From: Klebsormidium nitens | Lineage: Eukaryota > Plantae > Klebsormidiophyceae | NCBI GenBank assembly: GCA_000708835.1 | Contig: DF237191.1 | Coordinates: 62,001 to 126,000 of the forward strand | Length of the DNA stretch: 64,000 nucleotides | Reading direction: 5' to 3' | Shown: piece by piece, positions 32,681 to 45,040 of the stretch | Position numbering within the stretch: position 1 is the stretch's first letter | How the letters are laid out: each line of letters opens with the position of its first letter | Program-made: the position numbers and the translations under genes | The notes under the pieces: generated by a model | Seen by the model: only the letters and a program-made list of their open reading frames with translations | Database searches by the model: none | What the model was told of the DNA's origin: nothing

Positions 32681-35600
32681 TCAACCGTTCTCTACTGTGC
32701 CCGACTTATGCTTGGGCGTAAAGCTAAACCCAGCGGGTGCCGGCCCCAGCAACATCTCGCTGATGCGCACCCAGTCCGCGGCGTTGTCGCTGGCCATCAT
32801 GATTTCCAGGTCGCTCCGGCCGCGATACGCGGGCGGCCGCCACGCCATCTTTTGCGGCAGCACCTCGAGCAGCCCGGCGGGGACGTAGCGGTGCAGGTAG
32901 CTGAGCCACTCCAGCAGGAAGCGACGCGTGGTCTCGACACCTGGCAGTGGAGAGAAAGAATGTCCTTTAGGATCAGCGTCGACGAGAAGAAAGGAGGGGA
33001 CCGAAGGTGATTCAGAACCGCCCACATGCCACATTCGAACCCATTTTTGTTCGCTCATCGGAGAAGCCAATGTTTTAAAGATGGGCGAGGAGCAAAATCT
33101 AAGATTGATTGCAACGCTGGCAGTCCCTCAACAACCGGCTCTTCTGGTCGACGCAGAGCCTGGAGGTCAGTAGTTGGCCGAAGGGCCGCTCTCGAAAAAG
33201 CAGCGCAATCTAAAATAGAGAACGCGATGTGGGGGTTATTGACTACTGCGAACATGCATGCGGCACGAACTAAGCGGCCTTTCTCGGAATTTGGTACTTC
33301 GCTCTCTGGTTGGTGAAAAAGAGCCGAGAAGCGCAGAGAAGCGTCAAGAGGCGCATGTCTTCCTGTGCGTAAGCTCGTTTGCGGCCTTGTAAGATCCTAG
33401 AAGACAATAGCATCCCAGACTAACCTCCAAACAGCAATTGAAAATTAGCAGAACGGCATCCGGAGCAAGAGCGGCGCGTACAGGAAATACGTGGCTCATT
33501 CTCAAGGTCTTACCTTTGTCGTCTGAGCCCCAGTGCTCGATGCCGAACTTGCAGTACTGCCGGAGCAGGTCCAGCCGCTCGCTCGCGCTGATGTCCCAGT
33601 GACGCTGCTCCTTGATCTCCGTGAACAGCCACGGCTGCATGACGAGTGCGTGACGTCAAGCGCCACGACCATATCTTACGCATTTACTAGCAGCAGTCAG
33701 AGCTAGATTCGCTTTGAACTCAATGGACGGGAATATCAAGGAAGGGAGATCCGTCTCCTATCGCCTTACTGCCGAATGCAAAATATGTTGGGAGGAATCT
33801 CCGGGGGTTTTCGCTGAAGCTGCAGCGACCAATGTTGCTTGCGTCAAAGCTCCAAGGTTGGACCAAGTTTCAGTGCGTTTGCTGAAAAACACCAGCACTC
33901 CTTCAAACAGAAGGATGAGACACCTTTTATCCCCCAATCTTGGACGGACGGAAAAATACAGGAGACTACTGAAGCAGCCAATCACCGAATATAAAGCCCC
34001 ATAACTTACCTTCGGTCAGAAAAGCCTTTACAAAATAGCACGCACCTTCCCGCCACACCTTAGCTTGGCTTAAGTACGAACCTACCTTCACCAGCGCCCC
34101 CCTCGCGATCATACACGTGGCAAGCTCGGGGGCCTCGGCCACGTGGGCGTTGTAGTCCTCGAAGCTCATGACGTCACCGTTGCCGATCAGTTGCACCCCC
34201 TTGGCGGCTTCTGCACATCGTGCGATGTACGACCAGTCCGCCTGCTTGCTGTAACGCTGCTGCCTCGAACGGCCGTGGACCGTTACGGCGGCAGCTCCCC
34301 ACGAGCTCAACTGTCGGGATGAAAGAGTGGGGTGTTAGATCAAGAAATTGAAGATCGGGAAAAGCCATAACAACCTTGAAACCCGCTGCTTCGAAGCTAA
34401 GTAATAGCGCAAAGGGCTGTCTGCAGATCACGCAGGCAGCTCAAAAGCACGCAGTCATGACGGTGAAATAGAAGGGCATGGGCCTAAGAAAATAACGCAA
34501 CTTGCAGACTATTGATGTCTCCTGAGCAGGGCGCACTGGGTCCCATCGTTGCTGTGCCACTCGCTCACGAGCACAATTTCGCTACAAAAGATCTCACAAA
34601 AACAATTCGTGTTGGAGCGACCGCTTCAGAATTGATTGTCTCAGCAAAACGCAATGAATCGATGCCGCCAAAATGGCCCACTCGCAGAAACCACTTTCTG
34701 GCTTAGTAGAACAAAAGGCCCAATCCTAACTTTCTAACCGGCAGAGATGTCAAGCAACAAAATCTTCCAGGAAAGGCAGACTTTGAAAGCACACCGTTGG
34801 GCAGTACCTACGTCGAAAACAGATTACCCGGGGCATGAAGCGGCGCGCTAGCCTCTTATGCACAAAGCCCGTGCGACTCCGATGGTCGCTGACGCCCGCA
34901 AGAAGCTCGCGCTTTGAACGACTCTCGGGAAAGCGAGATCTGAAAAGAGCACAAGACTGGACCGTCTTCACAAGTATCACCTGGGGCATGAAGAGGTGCG
35001 AAGTGGCTTGCTTGTCCAAGAACCCCGTGCGGACTTTGATGGTCACCGGCACCCGCGACGCGGCGACCGCGCACTTGACAATCTGCTCGATGCGCTTCGG
35101 CTTCAGCAGCAAGTGGGACCCGGCGCCCTGCAAAGAAGATTAAGTAGAAACTTGAAAACTGGGAACGCTTTGAGGAAGCGAGACCTTCCTCTTGTTGGCC
35201 GCCAACAATCGAGAGTTAGTAGCCTGCAAGAAAAGTGCACTTATCAAAGCTGCCGGAACTTGAAGAAAAGGGAGTTGACAGGCCAGTCCGGAAAACGTGT
35301 TTGCAGAGATTGGAGAGGCGGCCAAGAACGTACCAAGACGTTGGCAAACACCTTACTAGGGAACATGACTCTGGGGGCTTTTTTGGATCAGAAATCTGGA
35401 GTTAATTCTCACGCGTTCAGATGTAGCCGTGAAACGCAGGTCTTGTTGCCAAATCGCGGTTCTCATCCCGGTGTGGGTCAGCAAAGACTCATAAAAATGA
35501 TGAAAAGACAGAGACTGGACGCAGCTTGATCAGAAAACGAACCAAATGCAGGCCACAAGGAAGCGACCCTACGCATGTATTTGGAGGGAGAACTTGCTTC

Positions 35601-38600
35601 TCCGCCGGCAGAACAGACTACACTCAGTCCTTTCGACCCCATGTCACTGAATACAAAAGCATTGACCCTAACCCACATAGCTGTTTGTGTGGATGCAGTG
35701 GAGAGTTCCAAACCTGAGTCCACGAGCAAGTGAAGGAAGACCTTGAATCTCTTCCTCCCCACCTTGTTGACAACTAGATCGATGGGGCACCCCATGTTGA
35801 TGTCCACGAAGTCAACGGAGCACGAGTCCGTGATCATCTCCGCCGCGCGCGCCACGTGGTCCGGCTTGCTCCCGCAGATCTGCACGCCGAACACCGCCTC
35901 GCTCGCGTGCCGCCGCAGGAGCGCCCACTCCGACTGCTGGCCCTGCGATCGAGAAGCGGGTGTTTCTCAAGGGTTCTACAGTTGTGAAGGACAGGATCGT
36001 GAGATACCTTTTGAATGTTCAGTGCGAGGCTATGAGTGCTCGGAGCGATGCAAACTGCGGACCTGCGATTGCTGAGGACATGTAGGAGAGCATCGTAGCA
36101 CGATGCGATCGAGATCGGCCAATCTCGAATCTAGAGACGCAGGATTGTAAGTGTGCTAAAGCGCCCGCTTTCCACGTATTGTGTTGGCTGCAAGATATAG
36201 GAGAGACGTCCGCTGAATCTGTACGTCCAGCCGTTTCAGAATCGAAGCTTCGATCAGGGCATTAAAGGGGTCTGGTCCTAAGGATGCCAGCTTCTGTGCC
36301 AGCCTGGCGACCACCACAGCCTTACCTGCAGCAGGTTGGTCGCCATCGCCATCTCCCCGCACGTGATGTCGGCGCCCAGCCCGAGGCAAACCCGACGGAA
36401 CGGCAGATTTCCGACCTGCGAGGATGATGGGAAAAATAAAACGCGAGACGCTGACTGGAAGGGCGACTTTCTGCAACGCGTGGGGGGTGCGCATAGGATG
36501 CAACATGTCAAATGATACTCGCCAATGCTCAATGTTGAAATTGTAAAAGGCTCAGGTGCTGAAATAATGAACCCTGGTATCATCCAATGAAAAGATACAG
36601 ACGGGGCGACATGAGCAGAGTCGATTGAGTTCTAGCTATCTAGCTACCAGGACGGCAGGCTATTCTGAGACAAGTAAAGATAATCATCCAGACCCTTTTG
36701 TTATAGCCGCCATTCTGAACAAGTAGACAGTCCATACAAAAGTTAAAGTCTGCAAACTCAGGGTAGCAGAAGTCGCCGAGACTCGAGCCACGAAAGCACA
36801 TGGGGTCAACCGATGAAGCTGCAAACGAATCGAACGCTCTTGATGTTACTCGACGGGTGGTCCTATGATACGGACTTGAAGCAGGGGACAGTATAAAGTC
36901 AAACAAAGTGCAAGTCAATCCAGACCCCTCGAACCCCGAACCTCAGTAAACTAGGGCTTACGGTGGTCAGCGGTGCGAGGTACAGCTTCCCCCGGAAGTC
37001 AATCGTCCGCTTGCCTCGCCTCTCGACACCGAGGCCCTCCGCCCCGCCCCCATTCACATCCCACAACTTTGTCGGGCCCACCTCCGTACCAGCTCCATTT
37101 TCAACCAGCTTCGCTCTCTTTGCTGTCGGTTCACTTTCTCCGTTGACTTTCCGTTTGCCCTCTTCCGCTGCTTCCGTTCCTTCTCTGCCTGCCGGATCAG
37201 CAGAGCCGCTCTCCTCTGCTAACGGGAGCGCTGATCCATCCACACTTCCTGCTTGCAAGCCCGCACTGTCCATCTGGGGTTCGGCTTTACTCGGCTCAAC
37301 TTTACTCGGCTCGGCCACTCCGTTTGTCTCTTGCGCTACGCTGGCCGCCAGTGCTTCGGAGGGAATGTGGTGGTCAGCTTTCGTCTGGACGTGTGCGGGC
37401 TCGGATGGACCTTCTTGCTCCATGTCACCTGCAACGCCTTCCTCCTGCGATTAAAAGGAGAAGGGCATTGACAACGGACCGCTGGTCTCAGTATCTGATA
37501 GTATCCCACGATCGAGAAAAAGTCGAATGGCTTGTTGAAAGCCGGGCAGACAGAGTAAAGAACTCCTCAGGCATATTTGGCTGGCAAAAGCGTAGGTGCC
37601 TCGCAATCACGAACCCGAAAGAACCAAAAACAAGGACTCGAGACTGAAGGGATATGCACCGTTGATAGAAAGGCAACGGCTGGCTTCGCTGGCTGGTTGA
37701 AATTCATCTGCAAGGCTCTAGACACAAGTATAATGAAAACTTTAAAACAGATTGTCACTTACGAGATAACACCACTGTGGTACGGCAGCTTCCGAAAAGT
37801 GATGCCTTGTTGAAATCCTGTCCTGATAACCATCAGAGACGTCAAACGTTCCATCCAACCAATTGCTCACGTCGAAGCAACGGCTATCACGGATTGAGGC
37901 TAGCAAAACTTCATGAATTTCCCACCTCTAGTTGTCTGCCATGGTGGCTGATCTGGATCCCCAGCTGCTTGAGGGCAGCTGAAGCGCGCGGGGATGCAAT
38001 CTGCTGCTTCCACAGCCTCTTCTGTAGATCCTTGTCTAAACTGTTCACCTCGTCCCTGCAACAGAAAAAGGAATCGTCTCGTGGGCCTAGATTGAAACAG
38101 AACCCAGTAGAGAGGGGCTGGTTGCTTAAATAAGGCTCGAACCTAGTCATGAACAGCTCTATGACCAAAATGGACTGGACACTAACCTAGACATCTGCGC
38201 GCTCCGCATCCACACCCACCTTGAGCCCCAAGCTAACTCCATCCTTCCCCCGGGCTGAGCTTACTTTTAAGGAGTCGAGGCTTTTATTGACACCCTTTCA
38301 AGGTGGCAGAGGAGTAAAGTCCTACACATACTTCCTGTCGTCACTAAGAGAACTGTGTCAGAATTTCTCAAGAATGTCCAAAACGCATCTCTCCCGGATT
38401 CGAAGCAGGTAAAAAAGTCCACTCTTGGAGAGTAATTTAAAAGCACGCATCACTTCTCTGGGGAAGTTTTCGTTCTTTAGAAACTATTCAAGAGCAAGTT
38501 GTGGTGAGTCACCTTGGCACAAACACCCCGTCACCGGGCCCCTTCTTAGCGGTCCCCCTGAACACAGGCTTCCCATCCTCCACTGCAGGCCCTGTGTTGT

Positions 38601-39890
38601 GCTTTGTTGCATAGCGGCAAGCCACTCCGAAGGGGCACGGCTCATCAGATGCAAACGGACAGGGCCCCTCGAGATCAGCTGCCTTTTTCTCCAAGAACAG
38701 TGTAAGGTCATGACTGAAGCGGCACTGACTGCCGTATGTGCAGGCGTTTGAGTTCCCCGTTCGAGCGACCACTCCGCACACGTTGGTCTGCAAACAATTG
38801 GAGCGCTTTGTGCCGTCAGTAGTGCACTTTTAGAGGACGTCACATACAGAAAGTTGCCAGGTATCTTTTTGAGATGTCTTCGCGTGAGTTCGCAAACAGC
38901 GCCCAGCCCTTGCAGCTGGACGCGAGCATCTTGGAGGAGGAGCATAACTTGCAATTGGTGGTACAATCCTCAATGATTCTCTAAGTAATGTGATGCACCA
39001 AAGAGACTCTTGATGGAATATTTGGCAGAACATCTGCTCACACCAAGGTCCCAGAATAGTGACAGTACTGGTGTCGCCAGCAAAGAAATGATGCTCAAAG
39101 TCTCCAAGGTCCTTGGCCAAGCAACCCCATATGCGATTTGGCAGTCCGGTTATTAAATGAAGAATCTACTTTGTTTGTCTCGATAAGGTAACAAAAAGCA
39201 AGCATGGGAATGAGGGGCACTGCAGGCCAAAGATATCTATGAGCCTGGACAATTATCAACAATGAACCTCGTCTACCAACACTGGCCGATGTTGCACTTC
39301 CTTGTCAAAAATTGCCGAAGCCAGAGGGCATCACACAGGATGTGCATCATTTCCAGCAGACAAAAATCGCTTGCTTGAACAAGTCCTATTTCAGTCTATA
39401 CACCACCCGTTGGACAACAAAGACAATCTCACATAGACAGCGATCTCCCAGGGTCGGGGTTTACCTTCTTGGCCTCAGCCCTCGCTTTTTTCATCGCCCG
39501 CTTGCTCAGCTTAGATCCAGATACCTTCGCACCGTCCGCGGCTCCTTCAGCTGACTGCCCGGTGTTTGCTGCTCTCTCCTTCTTCCAGGCATCTCTCTCT
39601 TCTGGCGTCCACAGAAACTCCTCTCTTACAGGGGCAATGCCACGAGCCAGCTTTTCTTCAAGGGAGAGGGGTGGACGAACAGGCTTGACCCCATCAATAC
39701 CAACCCCATTCACACCACCGTTCTGCTCCTTGACAGCAACTTCCTCTGTCGCAGACGGCTGGATTGCAGTGACATTCTGCATCAGCGATTCTGGGAGCAA
39801 GCTCTGATGACTGGTGGTCGCAACCGTCACCACTTCAGTCACTTCGGCCTCACCAATCCTGCCACCTGCCGCCTGCGCAGGCTCTTCCAT
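32681..39890 (-). CDS. DUS3: tRNA-dihydrouridine(47) synthase DUS3/DUS3L with N-terminal CCCH zinc fingers
   Basis: Multi-exon. Motifs [11 protein letters not shown]...CPF...[66 protein letters not shown] (catalytic Cys), [37 protein letters not shown]-like [10 protein letters not shown] and C-terminal FTPKHKS. Confidence 0.93.
34823..34889 (-). repeat. Degenerate duplicate of a DUS3 exon 3' end and donor site, located in the following intron
   Basis: Source 34976-35046 ([22 protein letters not shown]|GT). The copy lies 153 nt downstream and reads [17 protein letters not shown]|GTAATC in the same open frame. Confidence 0.7.
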
Positions 39891-40617
39891 TTCCTGAGGC
39901 AGAACACCACCTCCAATGCAATAGATGACCGATGGTGGTGCTATAAACTACTATGATAGTATCCAATGTGCCAGACAACTTGTTTCTCTGTTTCGTCGCC
40001 CTTCCTCACCCTTCCTTCTGCCCCAAGCATGCCTCCTTCCACTTGCTCAATTGCCATACCGTTAGTATTTGGAGACCAGCCATCGTGGCAGCAGACTGTC
40101 TTGTAATAGGATTCAGGAACTGTGCAGGCGGGGTACTTCGAAGTTCTAGAATCTAGACTACCTGTGTAAAGAGACTTGGAACCATTACCGGCTTCAGCAA
40201 ACGGTGCACGGCTGTCTTGCCGGCGTTGTTGTCTGATACACACGTCTGGGCTAAGAACGCGAGCACCGGGTACCCCACGTTAGCGGCAACGGGACGGTTG
40301 ATCAAGATGCAATATCATGTTGAGGAAACTTGAGGCCCAGGCGGGGGCCCCGGGGGGGGGCGCACGCGAGTCGTTTCTCACCTCCGACTCTCCGAGTTCG
40401 CCGAGCGCCGATTCTATCCGCGCGCGCGCGCGCGTCCCGAGTCATCTCATGTGCTGATTAGACGGAGTAGACCAGAGTAGACCAGCTGCTCATGATCCCT
40501 CTTCAGCTAGCTCAAGCCTCAGACAAATTGAAGCCACAAAGAAGAGCGCTTAGCATTAGTGTAGGTGAGTACGTGCATGACGGCTTTGCTCCCTCGAGCT
40601 GGCAGGTTTGCTGCAGG
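39891..40617. promoter_or_regulatory. Short head-to-head (putative bidirectional) promoter region between DUS3 and the SDR
   Basis: Divergent ATGs at 39890 (-) and 40618 (+). Central GC-rich core with GGGGCCCCGG, a 9-G run and (CG)8. Confidence 0.55.
40419..40434. repeat. (CG)8 perfect alternating run
   Basis: Directly visible as cgcgcgcgcgcgcgcg. Confidence 0.9.
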
Positions 40618-43354
40618 ATGGCTGGACCGAACAAATGCCGCCGATACGAGGGGAGAGTGTGCATAATTACAGCATCAACAGCAGGGATCGGGCTCGGAAT
40701 TGCGAGGCGGCTTGCACAGGAAGGAGCTTCCGTCGTTATATCGTCCAGGAAAGAAAAAAACGTGAATGATGCAGTTGCTCAGCTCAAAAAGGAGGGGCTG
40801 GAGGCCTTTGGAGTGGTGTGTCATGTTGGGAGCGCTGAGCACAGGAAGAAGCTGATTGATGAAACAATCCAAGTGAGCCTTCTGTAGATATAGGAGGCTC
40901 CAGCAAAGCCTTCTATGCTGTGTTCATCTTTCAGTCTTACAAGTATTCTACTTTTGTTGCCAGCTTACTGGCCCGAATCACCAGGAACTGATTTGCAAGC
41001 CTTCCTGCAACTTCTGGCGTAAACTGTAGTAACAGATTGCAATCTACCGAGGCTTGAAAGGTTTGACTGTGCCATGCATTGCATGTGACATTTTTGGACA
41101 TTCGAGTTGTGATCAGTCAAATCTTGAGATAGTGGTAGGACTTTTGAAAGCTCCAGCATTGTCTGCATCTGGCACAGGCACACTCCCTAGAGACAGTCAC
41201 CCAACCACTTGGTGGTAGTTTTTTTTTTTTCCTGATACAGCGTTTGGAAACAGATTGCCAAAGCTGCGTAAAGTTCTGTCTTTCTGCTCAGAGTAAGGTC
41301 AGAATCATGGATGATATCAGCATCCCCCTCATTTCTTAGTCCATGGAGACTTTGCGTCTGTGCATCCTGCTTTGCGATGAAGGCACTGAAAAGGCAGATT
41401 TTACTCCCTGCAGTTATTGTGCCTTTCATGATTGCTTGGGCAATCAAATGTTTTAATAGTTTGGCTTGGACATACCTCATGAAAGCGTGAAACATAACTC
41501 ACAGCGGTTACTTTCTGGAATGCAGAAGTATGGCAAGATCGACGTGTTTGTTTCCAATGCTGCTGTCAACCCCGGCGTCGGTCCCATACTGGACATGGCA
41601 GAGTCGCAGCTGGACAAGATTCTGGAGATCAACGTCAAAGTTTCGGTCCTCCTAGTCCGGGTAAGTTAGAAGATTTCATAACGGCTTTGGCTCTTGGCAG
41701 ATGCTTTTAGAATGACAGACAACCAGAGAAGGAGTGCAATTGACGGAACCAGTTGCAATTGCACTGACAGAGAGAGTGGAAGAAGTTGAGCCTACCGTCA
41801 GTATCCGGTCAAGATAGAATATTGTCATTTGCTGCTATCTGGGGGTGGCGGTCTACCATACGTGCCGTAGTGTCAGCCTGATATCAAAGGCACTTTTTGT
41901 TATTGTCTCAGCAGTGCTCCCAATCTCAATGCACATGTCTACACAAGAGCCCTGTAATACCGGGAACCATGTGCTTCAGTATCTTGGACAAGGACTCTAC
42001 TGGTTTCGTTCCAACCATCCAACCTAGGAATTTCATCACACCAAAAGGTTCAGAAAACAAAATCCACCCAAGCAGCTCCCAAGCAGCTGCAAACATCTGC
42101 AGGAAGCAATCCAGCACATCCCGTCTGGCGGAAGTGTTATCTTCACCTTCTCATTGGCCGCATTCAACCCCTCAGCCCCACTCGCCTTCTATGGCGTCAG
42201 CAAGACTGCTCTTCTCGGGGTCACCCGGGTAAGTCACACCTCAGACTGAGCACCCGTTTCTTGAGTGTTGCAGGAGGCCGCCCCACACATCCCATCAGGC
42301 GGTAGCATCATTCTCATCTCGTCAATCACAGCCTTCAACCCGGGGGCGCCTCTAGCTATGTACGCAGTCAGCAAGACGGCTCTGCTAGGGCTGACGAGAG
42401 TGAGCGTTTCTATCGAAAGGAACTTTTCCGGAATGTTTTGAAAGACCCCCTTGGTTTCTTTGCAAGGGGCCAAGCTTCATTGCTAGAAGGAAGTCATTAG
42501 ACGAGATGTACCCTCCGTCCTTGCTCTTGATCGTAGTGTGAAAGTTGGGCTCCATTCCTGCTCCCAGTCTTAGTTGAATTTGTTTTGAAGCTATCCTTTG
42601 TGGTCTGATTGGAGTAGGGAAGTTGGACAACATGAAGTCGTCATGGTCGACCTTTCCTAAAGTTCATGCCTTAACATGTATCTCTTGTAGCATCTCGCTG
42701 CCTTCGTCGTACTTTCAACCTCGAGCACCCTTTCTTTTGCAGGGCCTGGCGGCTGAGCTAGCTCCCAACGTCAGAGTCAACTGCGTCGCCCCGGGTATTG
42801 TGCCCACGCACTTCGCAAGCGCTCTGGTAGCCAACGAGGCCTCGGTGAGTGGCCGTTCGAACCTTGGCTTCGACTGGAATGACTCAATGCGTGGGGTTAG
42901 ATAGTGACTACTACCGTGGTGCCTTGGCAGAGAAAATCATGCCACGAAGGGGAGTTTTGTGTTAAGAAGACGCATTAAACAATGTATACATAAGATGAAA
43001 TCGTATCCTGTTGCTCAACCGGACCGAGTTTCGTGTCCCTCCTTCATTGCTTTCTGAAAGTCGCTTGAGGCTCCCACTTAAGGCAGGGGTTTTTGCAGGA
43101 ATCTCAGAGATCATCTGGTGCGACTGCTTGGATGGTGAGCAGAGGGTTACACCATTTCTATTGCAATGCATGAGGCCCTGATTAACTGCTCTACGTATAT
43201 GCAGAAGAAAGCCATGGAAGACCAGACCCTGCTTAAAAGACTTGGGACGCCCGAAGACATTGCAGGGGCGGTGGCCTTTCTAGCCTCCGATGATGCCGCA
43301 TACGTAACAGGAGAGACCGTGGTTGTGGCTGGAGGGACGCAGTCAAGGCTCTGA
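40618..43354 (+). CDS. IBR1: Peroxisomal short-chain dehydrogenase/reductase (IBR1/SDRA, DHRS4-like), 255 aa per isoform
   Basis: Exons 40618-40872, 41526-41660, [42103-42228 or 42274-42399], 42743-42844, 43205-43354. Motifs ITASTAGIG, SSRK, VSNAAVNP, YxxSK, VRVNCVAPG, LKRLGTPEDIAGAVAFLAS and C-terminal PTS1 SRL*. Confidence 0.92.
42103..42228 (+). other. Alternative SDR exon 3A (putative mutually exclusive exon)
   Basis: ctgcAG acceptor, 126 nt encoding EAIQHIPSGGSVIFTFSLAAFNPSAPLAFYGVSKTALLGVTR, GTAAGT donor, phase 0/0. Confidence 0.8.
42274..42399 (+). other. Alternative SDR exon 3B (putative mutually exclusive exon)
   Basis: ttgcAG acceptor, 126 nt encoding EAAPHIPSGGSIILISSITAFNPGAPLAMYAVSKTALLGLTR, GTGAGC donor, phase 0/0. 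Confidence 0.88.
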
Positions 43355-43888
43355 GAGACGTCGGAAGCAACGAGTAACGTTTGAAGGTACCGCTTCCTAA
43401 CGAAGTCCGAGAGTCCGAGTTCCATGTATATAACGGGTATATTACGTTGATATGAATCTGGCACGCTCACACTGTAAGGATTTGTCGCATGCAGAGTCTG
43501 CTGGTACAAAGACATCTAAGGATAATCATTGAGGATTAAAAGAAGGGCTTGCGCGCGGAATCGGACAGAATGATCCTGACAGGTCTTTTGCATCACGCTT
43601 TGCATCACCGCTGAGCGCCACCACAAAAAGCCTACACCTTATGTTCATGTAAGATTGCTCAAACCGAAGCCTGAATGGTTGAGCTCAGAAGGAGCTTGAT
43701 TCAAAATGGAGTGTCAAAGACTCTACTGAATACACGAATATCCTACAAAAATCAGATACCATCAGATTCTTGGCGGCCGCATCGTCTGACAGTCATGGAG
43801 TCGAGGAGGGGTCGAGAACTACATGGTAGGCTCTAGGTACGTCCTTGCACGCATGTTTTGACACCTTTAATTATAGTTTTAAGTGCCA

Positions 43889-44657
43889 CCCGGTAATGAC
43901 ACAGTTTATTCGTCCCCTGATTGGCCAAAACCCTTACCGAAGACCACGTTGACCAGCATTCAGTACAACCTTTGCAGTCCCCTCAACCTAGATCGATACA
44001 ACGTTACAATCTGCACCGTTCGATCCTCATCGACGGCTTACACTAGCCAATATTGAGGTTCTGACCTTACTCTACCTGATGCCGGCCGGTCTTCGCTCAG
44101 CCACGTGAAGACGGTTTTAAGACCCAAAGAGGCAGTGTCGATATACAGTATAAGGATTCAACCAAACCCACAAACTCTTAACACCCCACCAAGGGTCTGA
44201 GCTTATTAACCTGCTGACCCACCACCTTAACTCAGCTTGAAACCCAAGTAATTATAAGGTGCTTTTGACAATATCATCTCGAGTACGCCCGGTAATGACA
44301 CATTTGATTCGTCCTCTGATTGGTCGGAACCCTTTACCACTGACTTCGTTGACCACGAAGTCACCAGATTTAAAGCGCACCCCACCCTAGATCGAAGATT
44401 CAAATGATCGACACCGTCAAGCTTTCAATCGAACGGCAGAGAAGTACACCATTCGAATGCATCGCAGGCTCCGATACTAAGGCAACCCTAATCATAACTC
44501 GTGTCGGCCGGTCTCTCCTAACCCATGAAGGTTAACCCTGAAACCCCAGAAAGAAGTGTCAGTTTGAGAACAAAATTTGCCCCCACTTCATATGACAAAT
44601 GTCGGAGCTGATTAGCCAGGTGACCCAGCACCTTAACTTGGCATGAAACCCGAGTAA
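43889..44657. repeat. Diverged head-to-tail duplication of a ~400-bp non-coding unit
   Basis: Shared blocks: CCCGGTAATGACACA...TTCGTCC.CTGATTGG (43889, 44288), CGTTGACCA, CCTAGATCGA, GGCCGGTCT, and CACCTTAACT...TGAAACCC.AGTAA (ending 44251 and 44657). Confidence 0.8.
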
Positions 44658-44749
44658 GGTGGCCATTCTCTTTAGGTACCTACCTATTAGGTATATGAGC
44701 ATTATATAAGATGTTCCAAGTCGTGCAATGTTTCTGCAAAGCACGTGCC

Positions 44750-45040
44750 AATCTGCCCGGGCCGACGTACGGACGGCCGCCGCTGCTCAGCCTCCTCTCC
44801 TGGTCCCGGGCCAGGCTGAGCGGTCACGGTGCCCGGTCGGACTCGCGCGAGGCCTCGCGGTATTAGGTACCTAGGTAGGTACTCCGTACTGCTCCAGTCT
44901 CCATAGTTATCCGGGATCGGGGTTGCATGGCCGGGAGTCCGGCACCCGGGCGGCCGGGCCGGCCCTCGATTCGCGCACTTTGTGGGCCTCGCGGCCGGGG
45001 CCCCGGACCGGGACCCCCCCGGGGCCCCTAGGGCACTGAG
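44750..45040. other. Very GC-rich, palindrome-dense island about 0.8-1 kb upstream of the GATase-SIS gene
   Basis: Hairpins GCTCAGCCT...AGGCTGAGC, TAGGTACCTA, and GGGGCCCCGG (44997-45006) / CCGGGGCCCC (45019-45028). Confidence 0.6.
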
